From assembly GCA_018985235.1 (NCBI GenBank), contig JADGIG010000007.1, positions 1 through 64,000 on the forward strand: a DNA stretch of 64,000 bases, read 5' to 3'. Under the pieces are notes generated by a model that saw only the letters and a list, made by a program, of their open reading frames with translations, searched no databases and was not told the origin of the DNA. Made by a program: the position numbers and the translations under genes. Positions 1 to 10,918 of this stretch are shown in pieces. Position 1 is the stretch's first letter, and each line of letters opens with the position of its first letter. The DNA is from Sanchytrium tribonematis. Lineage: Eukaryota.

Positions 1-116
1 TCTTCAGCAACATGCTTAATTTGAGATGATATTGTTGAGACACTATTCCAGAAAGACCAACCACCTTGATTGTCAGCATTTTCTATTGGAGGAATTTGTT
101 TGTCATTTTCATTCAT
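1..116 (-). CDS. 5' part of an unknown gene running off the window start
   Basis: ATG at 116, open to the edge: MNENDKQIPPIENADNQGGWSFWNSVSTIYLKLSMLLK. Confidence 0.4.
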   Translation of the reverse strand, partial: MNENDKQIPPIENADNQGGWSFWNSVSTISSQIKHVAE

Positions 117-505
117 TTATCAAATGTATCAAAAATAAAGTCGGGGAGTTGTACTTGAAAATTTAATTCTTGGACCATGGACAAAATCTGCGTCCGCTTA
201 TGCTTCCTATTAAGAATTTATTTACAAATTGACTATCTGATTCGATAGCGTTATTTATTTCTCCGTCCAAAAAGGAATTTCCAAATGACACTGGCAATGA
301 CTAAAGATAAGGTAATTTTCGAATTGGAAGTTTTTCGCCATTGCGTTGAAGTTAGTAGAATAATTCTTCTCGGCAACAACTTCAATTTTAGCCTAAACTA
401 AGAAGAGATAATTTCGGGGATCTTATTGAGTAAAGGTACTCAGAATGCACAATCGCTATTCACTATATATTGCATTGAGTAAACTTGTCAAATTGAATAC
501 CCCAA

Positions 506-1180
506 ATGTTACATGAAATTCGAGATTCTAAAGAATGGTTTCAATCAGATAGTACAGTTGATGTTCCATCCAGCAAAATTCTAGAAGTTGGGGTAGGAAC
601 GCCATTCATTGGCTTTACTGAACTGAAAGAGACAATTATTAAGTTTAATAAGATAATAATTAATGGAGCTAGTGGTGTTGGCAAAAATTTATTGGCTAGA
701 TATTATTGTGAATTTTATTCAGATTACAACATTTATAAATTTGATCCAAGCAAAATATCAAAGTTTGTGGGTCAAACTGAAGAATACTTACACAACTTAT
801 TTGCAAACAAAAAGAAAAAAATCATCATTGTCGATCACATGGAAACAATTTTGCCCGATCGAACAACAAATACTAGCCCAATAATGAACCGAATTATCTT
901 GCAATTTCTTGTACATTTAGATGGAATTGTCGAATACGATTGCAAATTTATTGGTATAACAAATAATATAAACAAAGTTGATTCAGCTATACGTCGCCCT
1001 GGTCGAATTGAGCGCATCTTAACCATGGAGCATCAAGACGAAGATGCAATATGGGATCATTATTGCGACTATTACAATTATAAAATAAAAAAGACTAGAC
1101 CATTTAAATGTGGTGCGGAAGTTCAGCAATATATATATAACAAATGTTTAAGTCATTTAAGCGAACAATGCTCTGACTAA
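506..1180 (+). CDS. Single-domain AAA+ ATPase-like protein (CDC48/AFG2-like), degenerate
   Basis: Walker A GASGVGKN, SKFVGQTE, Walker B-like IIVDHME, SRH DSAIRRPGR. Confidence 0.7.
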   Translation: MLHEIRDSKEWFQSDSTVDVPSSKILEVGVGTPFIGFTELKETIIKFNKIIINGASGVGKNLLARYYCEFYSDYNIYKFDPSKISKFVGQTEEYLHNLFANKKKKIIIVDHMETILPDRTTNTSPIMNRIILQFLVHLDGIVEYDCKFIGITNNINKVDSAIRRPGRIERILTMEHQDEDAIWDHYCDYYNYKIKKTRPFKCGAEVQQYIYNKCLSHLSEQCSD

Positions 1181-2950
1181 GTACTCTCCTCTGGAAGAAT
1201 TGACAAAAGGGATGTCTTGAGGTTGAATATCCGAGTTTCTACTAATGATACTCGGCGGCGTTTTTGGAGAATTGAGTTGGGATGATGATTTGTTTAGTTG
1301 ACCTATACTTTTCCCCGCCAGAGAACTATTGATAATATCTTGTATAGGTGAAAAGTTGTCGCTATTGCTTAGTAACTCCACTTCAACTTTATCATCTGAT
1401 GCAACACTCACTTCAGAATGTACTTTTTCGAAATGGGAAAGAGTTGTTATGGGATGAGCAATATCAATAATCTTTTTGTGAGAATGCAACTCATGTCCCA
1501 CATATTCGGGTCGATTTTCTGACGAATGCATCAAATTAGCTTGCGAACCACTTTGAAAATACTCTTGAGTTAGTAAGTCAATAACGACAACGGTGCAGTC
1601 GTCTCTTTTGCTTTTTGTTTTGGGATATTCCATATTGAGTTGCTCTGTAACATGCTCATCATCTGCACCCAATACATATCGAAGAACAGCAACAGCAGGA
1701 TTTGAATCTAGTAAACAAGGATGAATTTTATCGGTCTTTTCAGGATTGCAAAAATCTGGTATATTTTTCAAAGATTGCACTTTTATCATATTTCTTTCAA
1801 CTGCCATCTTTTTTTTAGTAGCTTCTTGTACTCTGACCGCATTAATCACTAAATAACTAGCCATTTCAGGACTGATTTTATCCCAAATCCCATCTGTGCC
1901 AAGAATTGCATATTTATCTTTAATTCTATCAGAATTTTCGATATTGCGAATGTAAATTTCAGGTTTGGCTGTGACATAAGGCGGCGTAAGCATGTTCTCT
2001 TCTAAGCCGTCGGTGATGGTGGATCTTTTCACATTGGACGTGTAAACATAAGCATTTTTATCTAAAAGCTTGTTAATTTTTTTGCTTTGCTTGATATCCC
2101 ATTTCAACGTACAGTCACCAAATGATCGAGTGGGTATCAAAACACCTAATAGACGCATTTCCCCGTACATATTTACGCCCGCTAAAGTTTTTTCCTCATT
2201 TGGGTGTTCCCGAATAAGCCTTTCATATTCTTTTGTACTTTTTGCTGTGTGGGAAGTGGTTAATTTATAGGCACTATATTCTCCATTGTGATGTAGTCGA
2301 ACTAAAATAGCACTGCTATCACCCAAATTAGCTGCATATAACTTTCTCACACCTTCTTCCTCAGTTATCATCGCTGTGAGTGATGTAGCGCCACTCAATG
2401 ATATCCCAACAGCATTGAGGTCCATTTTCAGAACTGGGCAAAACTGATCCTTACTTGTCCTAGTAGTGCCCATTCTCAGTGGCGTATCGATTGAGCCAAT
2501 TTGCATTTCTAAGTTATAATGGTTTTTAAAGTCGGTAATGTCAAGATAAAATGGCAAATTCAAAATAAATTCATCCAAAATCAAATGGGATATCTCTAAA
2601 GCTTTTGTAGGTGGCATATGATCTAATAAGTAACCAAGAACATCATGCAAAACACTTATTGTAAAGTGGGCACACTCTGCTCCATGATGGCCATCTGCTA
2701 CTGTAGCTAATACTACATCCTTTGTCTTGCTTATTTTATACACATCTTCAATCGGACAGTATGAAGGGCAAAGAGCTGTAAATATACCAGGAAAATAAGA
2801 ACTTAATTTGATAAGATCATTTTGATTTAAATTTTCATCTGGATACTCCTGCAGATAATAGTGAATTGGGTTGACGTTTAAATGTTTTTCTGGTTCTGAA
2901 TGCCTTATTTTTTTAAATAGGCAAAAAACGCTGGAAAATATATTCCCCAT
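1157..2950 (-). CDS. PP2C/PPM family phosphatase (PDP/Ptc5-like)
   Basis: VADGHHG, ANLGDS, TRSFGD, LGTDGIWD, RDDCTVVV motifs; probable start MGNIFSS at 2950. Confidence 0.85.
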   Translation of the reverse strand: MGNIFSSVFCLFKKIRHSEPEKHLNVNPIHYYLQEYPDENLNQNDLIKLSSYFPGIFTALCPSYCPIEDVYKISKTKDVVLATVADGHHGAECAHFTISVLHDVLGYLLDHMPPTKALEISHLILDEFILNLPFYLDITDFKNHYNLEMQIGSIDTPLRMGTTRTSKDQFCPVLKMDLNAVGISLSGATSLTAMITEEEGVRKLYAANLGDSSAILVRLHHNGEYSAYKLTTSHTAKSTKEYERLIREHPNEEKTLAGVNMYGEMRLLGVLIPTRSFGDCTLKWDIKQSKKINKLLDKNAYVYTSNVKRSTITDGLEENMLTPPYVTAKPEIYIRNIENSDRIKDKYAILGTDGIWDKISPEMASYLVINAVRVQEATKKKMAVERNMIKVQSLKNIPDFCNPEKTDKIHPCLLDSNPAVAVLRYVLGADDEHVTEQLNMEYPKTKSKRDDCTVVVIDLLTQEYFQSGSQANLMHSSENRPEYVGHELHSHKKIIDIAHPITTLSHFEKVHSEVSVASDDKVEVELLSNSDNFSPIQDIINSSLAGKSIGQLNKSSSQLNSPKTPPSIISRNSDIQPQDIPFVNSSRGEYLVRALFA

Positions 2951-3087
2951 TTGTAAGAAAAGCAAATGGAATTCTGCAACCACTCCAGCAAATGAATCGA
3001 ATATGAAGATTTATTTTAATAATTAATAAGCTCTGCAAATGCTCAAAAGTTATTATACAAACAGTCAAAAGAGGAGATCCCCCTCTG

Positions 3088-4482
3088 ATGAAAGTCAAAG
3101 TTTTGCAACATGCTCCCACAAGAGAAAGAGCGCAAGATCACCACATAATTCAAAGGTCACTGAGCAAAAATGTTCATCCTTTCCAAAAAGAAAGAGAATT
3201 CAAAAGAGCATTAAATTGCGCCAAAACAGAAAGGTTGTTAGCAAAACCTTTTGTTGCTTCAATGGCTTTGGACGACAGAATTTTGAGTATTGATACGCAC
3301 AAAAGAGATTTAAGTATATTGGTTGCTAATTCTTTAGAAGAGGTTGTGATATGGGATACACAATTAAATAGAGTATTAAATCGTTACAAAAATCCTCATG
3401 ACGGAATTTGCAAAAATATAGCATGTATTCCTTATGACATGCAAGGTACACATTTTTTGACTTGTGGGACTGATCAATTTGTGAAATTATGGTCCCAAAA
3501 TAGCATTGAACCATTAAAAATATTTAATGCAGATAGTGGTTTAAATAGTATTGATTGTCATTTTTCAAAGAGAATATTTGCTACTGCTGGTGATGATCTA
3601 AATTTGTGGGATTTTGAGAGAGACTCTCCGATATCCATTCTGAAATGGGGCTCAGATACACTTCATAGTGTTAAATTTAACCCTTGCGAACCACATTTAT
3701 TAGCAGCTACTGGAAAATCCCGCTCAGTGGTCATATATGATACGAGAACAAATCACCCTATACACAAGGTTATATTGAATATGAGTGTTAATAATTTATC
3801 TTGGAATCCAATGGAGGCTATGAATTTTGTAGTTGCGAACGAGGACCATAATTCATATTTGTTTGATATTAGAAAACTAAATAGAGCATTTAATATTTAT
3901 AAGGGTCACGTTAATGCTGTTATGGATGTGGATTTTTGTCCAAGCGGAAAAGAAATCGCGACCTGCTCTTTTGATAAGAGTATTCGAATATTCCCGACTA
4001 ATAGTGGAAGATCCAGAGATATTTACCACACTTCGCGGATGCAAAGATGTTTTGCAATTAGATATGCCAGAGATGGAAAATTTATTTACAGTGGAAGTGA
4101 CGACACTAACATAAGAGTTTGGAAATCTAACGCTTCGGAAAAATTTAATGTTACTGGTAGAGAACGAGCACATATTAATTACGTGCAGTCATTAAAGCAA
4201 AAATACAAAGAAGTCCCCGAACTGAAAAAAGTTGACCAACATCGCAGACTTCCTAGGTATGTTTACAAAGAAGCAGCCAAAAAATTTGAAATGGAGCAGT
4301 CTCGCAAAAAGAAAATTAAAAATATTGTTCAGCATTCTAGTGCCAAACACTTATTGGACTTGGACCAAGTTCAAGAAGCAGACAGGATACTAGTTCAAAC
4401 GGGTGATAAGTATCAGGAACATGTAATTGAGAATTTCCGAAAGAGCGAACGAACTACTGTTGTGGAAAAGATTGTTGAATAA
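3088..4482 (+). CDS. SOF1: U3 snoRNP WD40 protein Sof1/DCAF13
   Basis: MKVKVL start, [35 protein letters not shown]. Confidence 0.95.
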   Translation: MKVKVLQHAPTRERAQDHHIIQRSLSKNVHPFQKEREFKRALNCAKTERLLAKPFVASMALDDRILSIDTHKRDLSILVANSLEEVVIWDTQLNRVLNRYKNPHDGICKNIACIPYDMQGTHFLTCGTDQFVKLWSQNSIEPLKIFNADSGLNSIDCHFSKRIFATAGDDLNLWDFERDSPISILKWGSDTLHSVKFNPCEPHLLAATGKSRSVVIYDTRTNHPIHKVILNMSVNNLSWNPMEAMNFVVANEDHNSYLFDIRKLNRAFNIYKGHVNAVMDVDFCPSGKEIATCSFDKSIRIFPTNSGRSRDIYHTSRMQRCFAIRYARDGKFIYSGSDDTNIRVWKSNASEKFNVTGRERAHINYVQSLKQKYKEVPELKKVDQHRRLPRYVYKEAAKKFEMEQSRKKKIKNIVQHSSAKHLLDLDQVQEADRILVQTGDKYQEHVIENFRKSERTTVVEKIVE

Positions 4483-4526
4483 AATTAATGAAACTTATTT
4501 CCGATCTCCTTTATTTTTTTATTTTT

Positions 4527-4532
4527 CACGTG
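4527..4532. promoter_or_regulatory. E-box CACGTG upstream of RPL11
   Basis: TCACGTGG about 50 bp upstream of ATG 4580. Confidence 0.35.
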
Positions 4533-4579
4533 GTAATTTGATTTGTTTACAACAGTTTTCACTATTATACACATTCAAA

Positions 4580-5098
4580 ATGGCAACTGAGAATCCAATG
4601 AGAGAGCTTCAATTAAAGAAATTGTGTCTGAACATTTCTGTTGGTGAATCTGGAGACAGACTTACCAGAGCTGCAAAAGTTTTAGAACAATTGACTGGTC
4701 AAACTCCAGTTTTTTCAAAAGCAAGATACACTGTTAGATCTTTTTCCATTAGAAGAAACGAAAAAATTTCAGTGCACTGTACAGTCAGAGGTGCAAAAGC
4801 ATTAGATATTCTTGAAAGAGGACTTAAAGTTAAAGAATATGAACTTGTCAAAGGTAATTTCGCACAAAATGGTAATTTCGGATTTGGACTTGATGAACAT
4901 ATCGATTTAGGAATTAAATATGATCCATCTATCGGTATCTACGGAATGGACTTTTTCTGTGTTATGGGTAGACGTGGTGAAAGAGTCGGAAAGCGTAAGA
5001 AGTGTCAATCTCGTGTAGGCGCGTCTCACCGTGTTAAAAGAGAAGAAACTGTAGAATGGTTTAAAAAGAAATTTGACGGAATGGTATTAAACAAATAA
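4580..5098 (+). CDS. RPL11: 60S ribosomal protein uL5 (L11)
   Basis: [51 protein letters not shown]; start MATEN at 4580. Confidence 0.98.
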   Translation: MATENPMRELQLKKLCLNISVGESGDRLTRAAKVLEQLTGQTPVFSKARYTVRSFSIRRNEKISVHCTVRGAKALDILERGLKVKEYELVKGNFAQNGNFGFGLDEHIDLGIKYDPSIGIYGMDFFCVMGRRGERVGKRKKCQSRVGASHRVKREETVEWFKKKFDGMVLNK

Positions 5099-5101
5099 AT
5101 T

Positions 5102-5962
5102 TTATTCCAAAAATCTTTCTTTTGCAACTGACTGAATGTTATATTTTCTATATTTTCTGTAATTAGATAAAGTAGATACACATGCCACCGTTTTAAAGAC
5201 ATCTACGTTGACCATGCACTTTGGATTTTCAAGATTAACTTTCAATTTTCCATTTAAAATCGGTACTTGAACCAATTCATCTGGATTATCTATTTCTTTA
5301 TCATTTTTAATTTCAATACCTCGTTTCTTCAACTTTGCATGTTTTTCTTCAATGTATTCTTTTTTAGTGATTTCTTTGCTTCCATTGTGTTCAGTTAACA
5401 AAGTATCGACAATTTTAAGCATGTTCTTATTCTTTTCCTTAAACTTTTCACAATACCTAGAATTAAAAGTCACAGCAAAGGTAACTTCTTTATCGTCAAA
5501 TTGAAGTAATGCGTTAATTTTTCTCATTATTTCTTCCATATTTGCACTGATGGTGACACAAGGAATGATTCTCCCAATATTTTGAATAAATCTGTGTCCA
5601 GTGCCACTCATGCTTTCAAAAATCGAGTTGCAGATCAATGTGGGATCCCACTCTTTCAACTCACAAAAGAATAAGCATTTGATCCCTAAATCTACAATTT
5701 GGAAAGGAAGATTGATTTCATCGTACTCTAATTTCAGGTCTTCCGCTGCATCTAGAATTAAATTGAAAAGCTCTTTGTGAGCTGACTTGTATCTCCCTTG
5801 TGTAAATGTGATTAAAAGGCCTTTCTTATTTAGCAATTCATCAGCACTACCTAAGTTTTTAAAGGCTGTCTTTTTGTAGGCAGACTTTTTACGCTTCCTC
5901 GCCTCTTCTTGCTCTGCAGTTCGCTTCATGGTGGTAGACTTTTCAGTGGCAATTTCTGTCAT
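5102..5962 (-). CDS. TAN1: THUMP-domain protein (Tan1/THUMPD1-like)
   Basis: GLLITF, RFIQ..RIIP, KVNLENP, C-terminal Y.KY.KYNI. Confidence 0.75.
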   Translation of the reverse strand: MTEIATEKSTTMKRTAEQEEARKRKKSAYKKTAFKNLGSADELLNKKGLLITFTQGRYKSAHKELFNLILDAAEDLKLEYDEINLPFQIVDLGIKCLFFCELKEWDPTLICNSIFESMSGTGHRFIQNIGRIIPCVTISANMEEIMRKINALLQFDDKEVTFAVTFNSRYCEKFKEKNKNMLKIVDTLLTEHNGSKEITKKEYIEEKHAKLKKRGIEIKNDKEIDNPDELVQVPILNGKLKVNLENPKCMVNVDVFKTVACVSTLSNYRKYRKYNIQSVAKERFLE

Positions 5963-6089
5963 CCCTTGTTAGATCCTTAAGAATCAGCGCTTCAATAAAT
6001 TGGCAAAACTTTAAACTCCAAATAGCTATACAATCTAGTCCAGCTTCCGCATATCTATTGGATGTCTGACCTTGTGGAACAAAATTTAT

Positions 6090-6983
6090 TTAAAATTTAG
6101 ACGACTTCAATATTTGAACATTTTTTTTGTAGCTGTATACTACTGTTGACTTTTCTGATAGAATTCTGATGCACTCTTTCTTCCATAAATCAAAATACTG
6201 ATTTCGATATTTTTTCTTGTACATTTCAAACACCTCCTTACCTTCCTTAATTGCTGCACTAAATTTAAGCTGAAAAGAAATCCGCAACAAATCAAGGGCG
6301 GGGCCATCGTAATTCTCGTTTGTACAAAACATGAAAATTTGGTATAATTCGAATGATATCGCTCCCAAAAAAAATGCTGGTTCTTGTTTCCATTTCTCAC
6401 CATCTTTTAAAATAGTTTCTAGCAGGGATATTCCGATATAAAAGTTTGATTCATCCGTCCATCCGTGCAAATGTAATATAGCGAGATAGAGAAGCTCGTA
6501 ATTACTTTGTTCTGTTTTTTCATTGCATTTCAACAACAATGTCTTAGTAATCAGTTCGTCAAATCTTATGTCTACGTAACTCTTCAATTCGCAGCCATCT
6601 TTCACAGGAATAGGATCTACTGGTGATGCAAATGTAATACGAAGGCCGTCTTCTTGAGCAATCATTTGTCTAAATCTTTGCAAATAAGAGTTATATACCT
6701 CCAGCAGTTCTTTCTTGTATTGAACCCTGACTGCATTTCTGTCTACAATAAAAAATGATTTAGGTAAATTAACCTTGTTTGGATAAATGTCATGCAAAAT
6801 ATCCACAAATCGTTTCAACATATGACAAATTTCATCATAATCCATGTTTTTCTTGAATTTGAAAATGTGTTTGTCAGTAAATAATTGCGTGAATGGCCAG
6901 TACCATTTTACTCTCCCTCTTTTCCTTCTAAGAACTTCTTTTCTAGGTTTTCTGTCTTTGGGAAAACCTGAAATTTGGGACAT
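6090..6983 (-). CDS. Hypothetical protein
   Basis: Long ORF; start placed at MSQISG (6983) to avoid overlap with the upstream gene. Confidence 0.6.
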   Translation of the reverse strand: MSQISGFPKDRKPRKEVLRRKRGRVKWYWPFTQLFTDKHIFKFKKNMDYDEICHMLKRFVDILHDIYPNKVNLPKSFFIVDRNAVRVQYKKELLEVYNSYLQRFRQMIAQEDGLRITFASPVDPIPVKDGCELKSYVDIRFDELITKTLLLKCNEKTEQSNYELLYLAILHLHGWTDESNFYIGISLLETILKDGEKWKQEPAFFLGAISFELYQIFMFCTNENYDGPALDLLRISFQLKFSAAIKEGKEVFEMYKKKYRNQYFDLWKKECIRILSEKSTVVYSYKKNVQILKSSKF

Positions 6984-7014
6984 TATGAAAGAAATTAACT
7001 TTTTATCATTTATT

Positions 7015-7719
7015 CTACAATACAAAGCCTTCTTCAATTCCTTTTTGTAAGGTATCATTCACAATCTTTACCCTATCATCTTCTTTAAAGCAATCTATTG
7101 CTTCGCATGCCTTATATAGCCTCTTAACGAAATATGGAACATATATTTGAAGGGCCAAATTGCAAACAGATTCAGGAATATAAGTATCTGGATCGTGGTA
7201 TTTAACATAAACGAAACTGATATTGTCACTTTGTTGTATTAATACCGCCTGTTGATAATAATTAAATACTTGGTAGGCAAAATAAGATATTGGAACTGAG
7301 TAGTCAACAGATTCATTAGTTATTACAAAAGCCTTTCTGTTGTCAGCCAAAGACAATTCTTCTCCACTGCGTTTATATGCATAGGTACGTGTTCTCAGAA
7401 AAGGTACAGTGATTGACCATGTCGTCACAGGATTTCCATCGGGTATATTTTCCATATTTGGTGAATTCTTAGGTACATCAGGGTCCGATGATGTTCCCCA
7501 TAAAATAGCCGAAGTTAATATTTCGTTTAAAGATGAAATCAGATCCTTGTGATCATTACTCATGTAGTGGTCGTATAATTTACAAGCATTCAATTCTACA
7601 ACTCCTTTACAATAATATGTCTTACCATCGTAATATACTGAAATTCCTTCATATTGACATATTCTCTTCATACCATCGCCATTAAAAGAGTTCGCCTCTA
7701 TAAGGGACGGGTGATTCAT
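7015..7719 (-). CDS. START-domain lipid transfer protein (PCTP/StARD7-like)
   Basis: W..TVPF..TRTY.Y.R, Y.DP..YIPE..N pattern. Confidence 0.6.
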   Translation of the reverse strand: MNHPSLIEANSFNGDGMKRICQYEGISVYYDGKTYYCKGVVELNACKLYDHYMSNDHKDLISSLNEILTSAILWGTSSDPDVPKNSPNMENIPDGNPVTTWSITVPFLRTRTYAYKRSGEELSLADNRKAFVITNESVDYSVPISYFAYQVFNYYQQAVLIQQSDNISFVYVKYHDPDTYIPESVCNLALQIYVPYFVKRLYKACEAIDCFKEDDRVKIVNDTLQKGIEEGFVL

Positions 7720-7879
7720 TTTTACCCCAGACGTTTCTTCATTACTTCGTTTTTCCGCTTAACATTTAGAATTGATTGCATAATTTAATAAAATCATGAA
7801 AATTAAATTGGCAAATCAGTAGACCAGGGCTAAAAGGCGACAATGTTGCTTAGAAGGGGACTGTAAAACATTTACACCA

Positions 7880-9061
7880 ATGATAGGCTTAATTATACGA
7901 ATTCTATTTTTGTTTATGTTTGTACATATATTTCCAGAATTCGATGTTATTCTGAAAGTGTTTATGCTTCTCAGTCTGTATTTGTCTCCTTTTTTATTAC
8001 CAATTAATGAAGCGGGATTAAATTATTTCTTCAGTACATGCATTTTTATAACTGTCACAAGATTGCTTAAATTGACTCTTGGTTATCAAGTAAATGATCC
8101 GGTTTATCAAATTTACAGAGAAAAATTAGCAGAAGATGTTGCGCTTCCGAAAAGTAAAGTTCTAACACATTTAAAATTAAGAGATTACACAAAATTGTCC
8201 AGCTGGAAAACTTTTTTGGATGACATCAAGAATGCGCAATGTCTTTTAAGTACTCATTTTTTGCTTCCTTGGAGACCAAGTCTAACGCAATTGATTTCTC
8301 ATCTCATTATATCCAATATTAAGGTTAGTTTCTTCTATGTGATTACCCAATATTGTTTAAAATCCCGTAATATACTTCTCAAGCATATAGTAGCTAGATA
8401 CACTTTCTCTTGTGTAGTACTTTACATATTACAATTTGCAGCTGATGTTGTTGCACTTTTAGGCTATCTTTATTCCAAGATTTTGATAGATTATTATAAG
8501 AAAAAATTATTGGCTCTGAACTGGAAAGAACTAAAACCTAAACAACATGATGCCTTGTTCATGATTCTTTATTGGCAAGACATGAATTGTCTCGATGTTT
8601 TTGGAACCAATACTCTTACAAAACCAAAAAGTTTAAGAGATTTTTGGGGCAAAAATTGGCATCAAGCATTTAGATCTGCGTTTATATTCACTCCTAAAAA
8701 CTGGTCCAAACACCGCGTAAAGCAGTATATTTCATTTATTTGTGCCTTTTTTGTGAGTGGAATATTTCATGAATATGAAGCATGTGCAGGTGCCTCCCTG
8801 AATGCATTTAAAGGTTGCGATGGACGCTCTTTTACTTTTTTTATGATTCAGTGTCTGCTTGTCATAATAGAAGTTACTTTTACAAAAAACAAGTTAAAAT
8901 ACGACTCAAGTTCTGAACAAACGCGTTCTTTGTGGTCAGTGCTTACATTTATATCATTGATTGTGACTTTGCCATATTTTATGGACCCTTTAATCGAAAG
9001 TCATGTTTTTTTAGGAATTGGTCAACTACCCGGAATTCATTTATTTCTCGATAAGATTTGA
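7880..9061 (+). CDS. MBOAT wax-synthase-like membrane acyltransferase
   Basis: SLRDFWGKNWHQAFR, AFFVSGIFHEY, FFMIQ; hydrophobic segments. Confidence 0.85.
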   Translation: MIGLIIRILFLFMFVHIFPEFDVILKVFMLLSLYLSPFLLPINEAGLNYFFSTCIFITVTRLLKLTLGYQVNDPVYQIYREKLAEDVALPKSKVLTHLKLRDYTKLSSWKTFLDDIKNAQCLLSTHFLLPWRPSLTQLISHLIISNIKVSFFYVITQYCLKSRNILLKHIVARYTFSCVVLYILQFAADVVALLGYLYSKILIDYYKKKLLALNWKELKPKQHDALFMILYWQDMNCLDVFGTNTLTKPKSLRDFWGKNWHQAFRSAFIFTPKNWSKHRVKQYISFICAFFVSGIFHEYEACAGASLNAFKGCDGRSFTFFMIQCLLVIIEVTFTKNKLKYDSSSEQTRSLWSVLTFISLIVTLPYFMDPLIESHVFLGIGQLPGIHLFLDKI

Positions 9062-9169
9062 CTCGCCAGTGCGTTTGCTACAATATAGTCACGAGAAACC
9101 AGTAAAAAAAATTTTATTATTTGTACAAAAAAAGGGGAGGCACCTGAAATCGCGACGTGAAATATTTTC

Positions 9170-10069
9170 ATGACAGAAAAAAATACTGATAATTTTCTGC
9201 AAGATTTTGAAGCATTCGAATTTCAACCAATTCTTAGTTATCAAGAGCAAAATGAAATCGACCAATTTCTTAATCAACTAGTGACTGAGGATTACAACAC
9301 TCCTCCATTCTCAAATTATTCAAATTACCCTCTTCAACCCTATCCTCGCATGAATCCGCCAACTCCATATCTCATGAACGCAAGCCAGCATCAAATCCAA
9401 CCCCCAGTTCCTCACGGGCCACTCATTCAAACTGGCACTCCTCTATTTCAACAAAATCACCTCTTCAGTTCTCCCAAAATGAATTCATCGCATTTAGATA
9501 CCCAATTTAGAAGACCACAAATGAATGACTCTAAATCCGGGCAATTATTGGAAAAACCACTACAATCTCCTAATTTTACTTTAGGCACCAACCAATCACC
9601 GACAATAACAAGTTTTCATTCTACTACTCCGTCGAATGTATATCCCATTCCAGCTGCTAGCGAACTTACAGAAGATCAAAAGAAGGCGAATCATATCAAA
9701 TCCGAGAAAAAGCGAAGGCAAATAATTCGCCAAGGGTTTGGAAAATTGGAATATTTCCTTTTTGAAAAACAGCCTGGTGTTCAATTTACACAATCGCAAC
9801 AGATAAAAAGTAGATCAGAAGCTACCATGCTTAAATTGACTGTAGAATACATTCAACATTTAATTGTATCTCACAAAGATGAATATATTAAACTTTTGCG
9901 AAACGAGTTTTTGTTGGGTTTAAAAACAGAAGAGGAAATCAAATCAGAATTGGAAAAATTATCAAGAGATCCTACTTTTAATATATCTTATAAAACTCAG
10001 CAAAAAATTAGAACCTACAAAAGAGTTGTTTATAACAATAACAAAGTAGTTAGTACCAAGTCAGAATAA
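9170..10069 (+). CDS. bHLH transcription factor (Ino4/Mlx-like)
   Basis: LTEDQKKANHIKSEKKRRQIIRQGF...SEATMLKLTVEYIQHL. Confidence 0.85.
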   Translation: MTEKNTDNFLQDFEAFEFQPILSYQEQNEIDQFLNQLVTEDYNTPPFSNYSNYPLQPYPRMNPPTPYLMNASQHQIQPPVPHGPLIQTGTPLFQQNHLFSSPKMNSSHLDTQFRRPQMNDSKSGQLLEKPLQSPNFTLGTNQSPTITSFHSTTPSNVYPIPAASELTEDQKKANHIKSEKKRRQIIRQGFGKLEYFLFEKQPGVQFTQSQQIKSRSEATMLKLTVEYIQHLIVSHKDEYIKLLRNEFLLGLKTEEEIKSELEKLSRDPTFNISYKTQQKIRTYKRVVYNNNKVVSTKSE

Positions 10070-10079
10070 AATAGATTTA

Positions 10080-10885
10080 TCATTGTAAATTTTGCATTTT
10101 TTCAAGGTCTAATTGTAAATCACTTTTTTTCTGCCGCAGCTGTGTTAATAATTGAAAATCCAAACCACGCTCTTTCATTAATTTTGTTTGCCTATTGTTG
10201 ATCGTGACATTTGAAAGTTCATCATATGAAAATTCTCTACGATATAAAGCAAAAAATAAATAGCCAAAGATTGCTGTACCAAAGCCCAGAAAATAAGCTA
10301 TGGGTTCCATAACATCTAAATTAATAAAAATTTACCCCAAGACAAATCCCAAAAAGTCAGCCTTGCCATAACAAAAAATTGCGCGGTCAATCCTATAAGT
10401 CCGGCCCATACGTATCTATTTGCAGATTTACTGGCTTCCTTGATAATCAAGTCATATTTTTGTTCCAATGGGACCAGCTCCTTCTCTACAGCTGCAATTT
10501 GATTAACTATAGGTAAAGTAAGATCATCCATGCTTGGAAGCGTACAAAAAACCATCGAGGGTCCAACCGGAGTAGTTCCATCCGTTTCTTTTCCGATATA
10601 AAAGCCGCCTTCTTTCATACATTCTTTTAAAACAAATTCCAAGGAAGTTAAAGATGAAAGTATAGTCTTTGTATCAGCCAAATAAATTTGAGGTTTGCTA
10701 TTAGAGTCCATGATGCCGTCTAATTTCAATTTTTCAAAAATAGTAAGGATTGGGTACGTCTTTTTAATTGGATACTGGTATGTTTGATTTGCATTCTTAA
10801 AATTGAAAGTAAATATATTGTCGTTCACAGGTTTTAATTCCAAATTTGAAAACTGTCGTCTGGTTACCCTTAAGAATTGATTCAT
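10080..10885 (-). CDS. MCU: Mitochondrial calcium uniporter; exons 10885-10336 and 10315-10080
   Basis: Splicing restores ARLTFWDLSWDVMEPIAYF (DIME-type pore motif). Confidence 0.92.
10316..10335 (-). other. 20-nt spliceosomal intron (MCU), phase 1
   Basis: gtaaatttttattaatttag; joins SW-D-VMEP. Confidence 0.93.
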
Positions 10886-10918
10886 TTTTAATAATGTTTC
10901 AAAAAATTCAAAATTTAT

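Noticed and set aside
312..330. 19-nt GT..AG segment gtaattttcgaattggaag as a possible 5' intron
   Set aside because: It lacks the -6 A and -8 T, and splicing gives a stop after 10 more codons without joining the AAA ORF.
4427..4579. N-terminal ORF extensions from TTG/GTG or upstream ATG starts (RPL11, SAH1, PAK, TOM22, EFCAB9 and others)
   Set aside because: The extensions are non-conserved, AT-rich and often overlap neighbouring genes; conserved N-termini begin at downstream ATGs.
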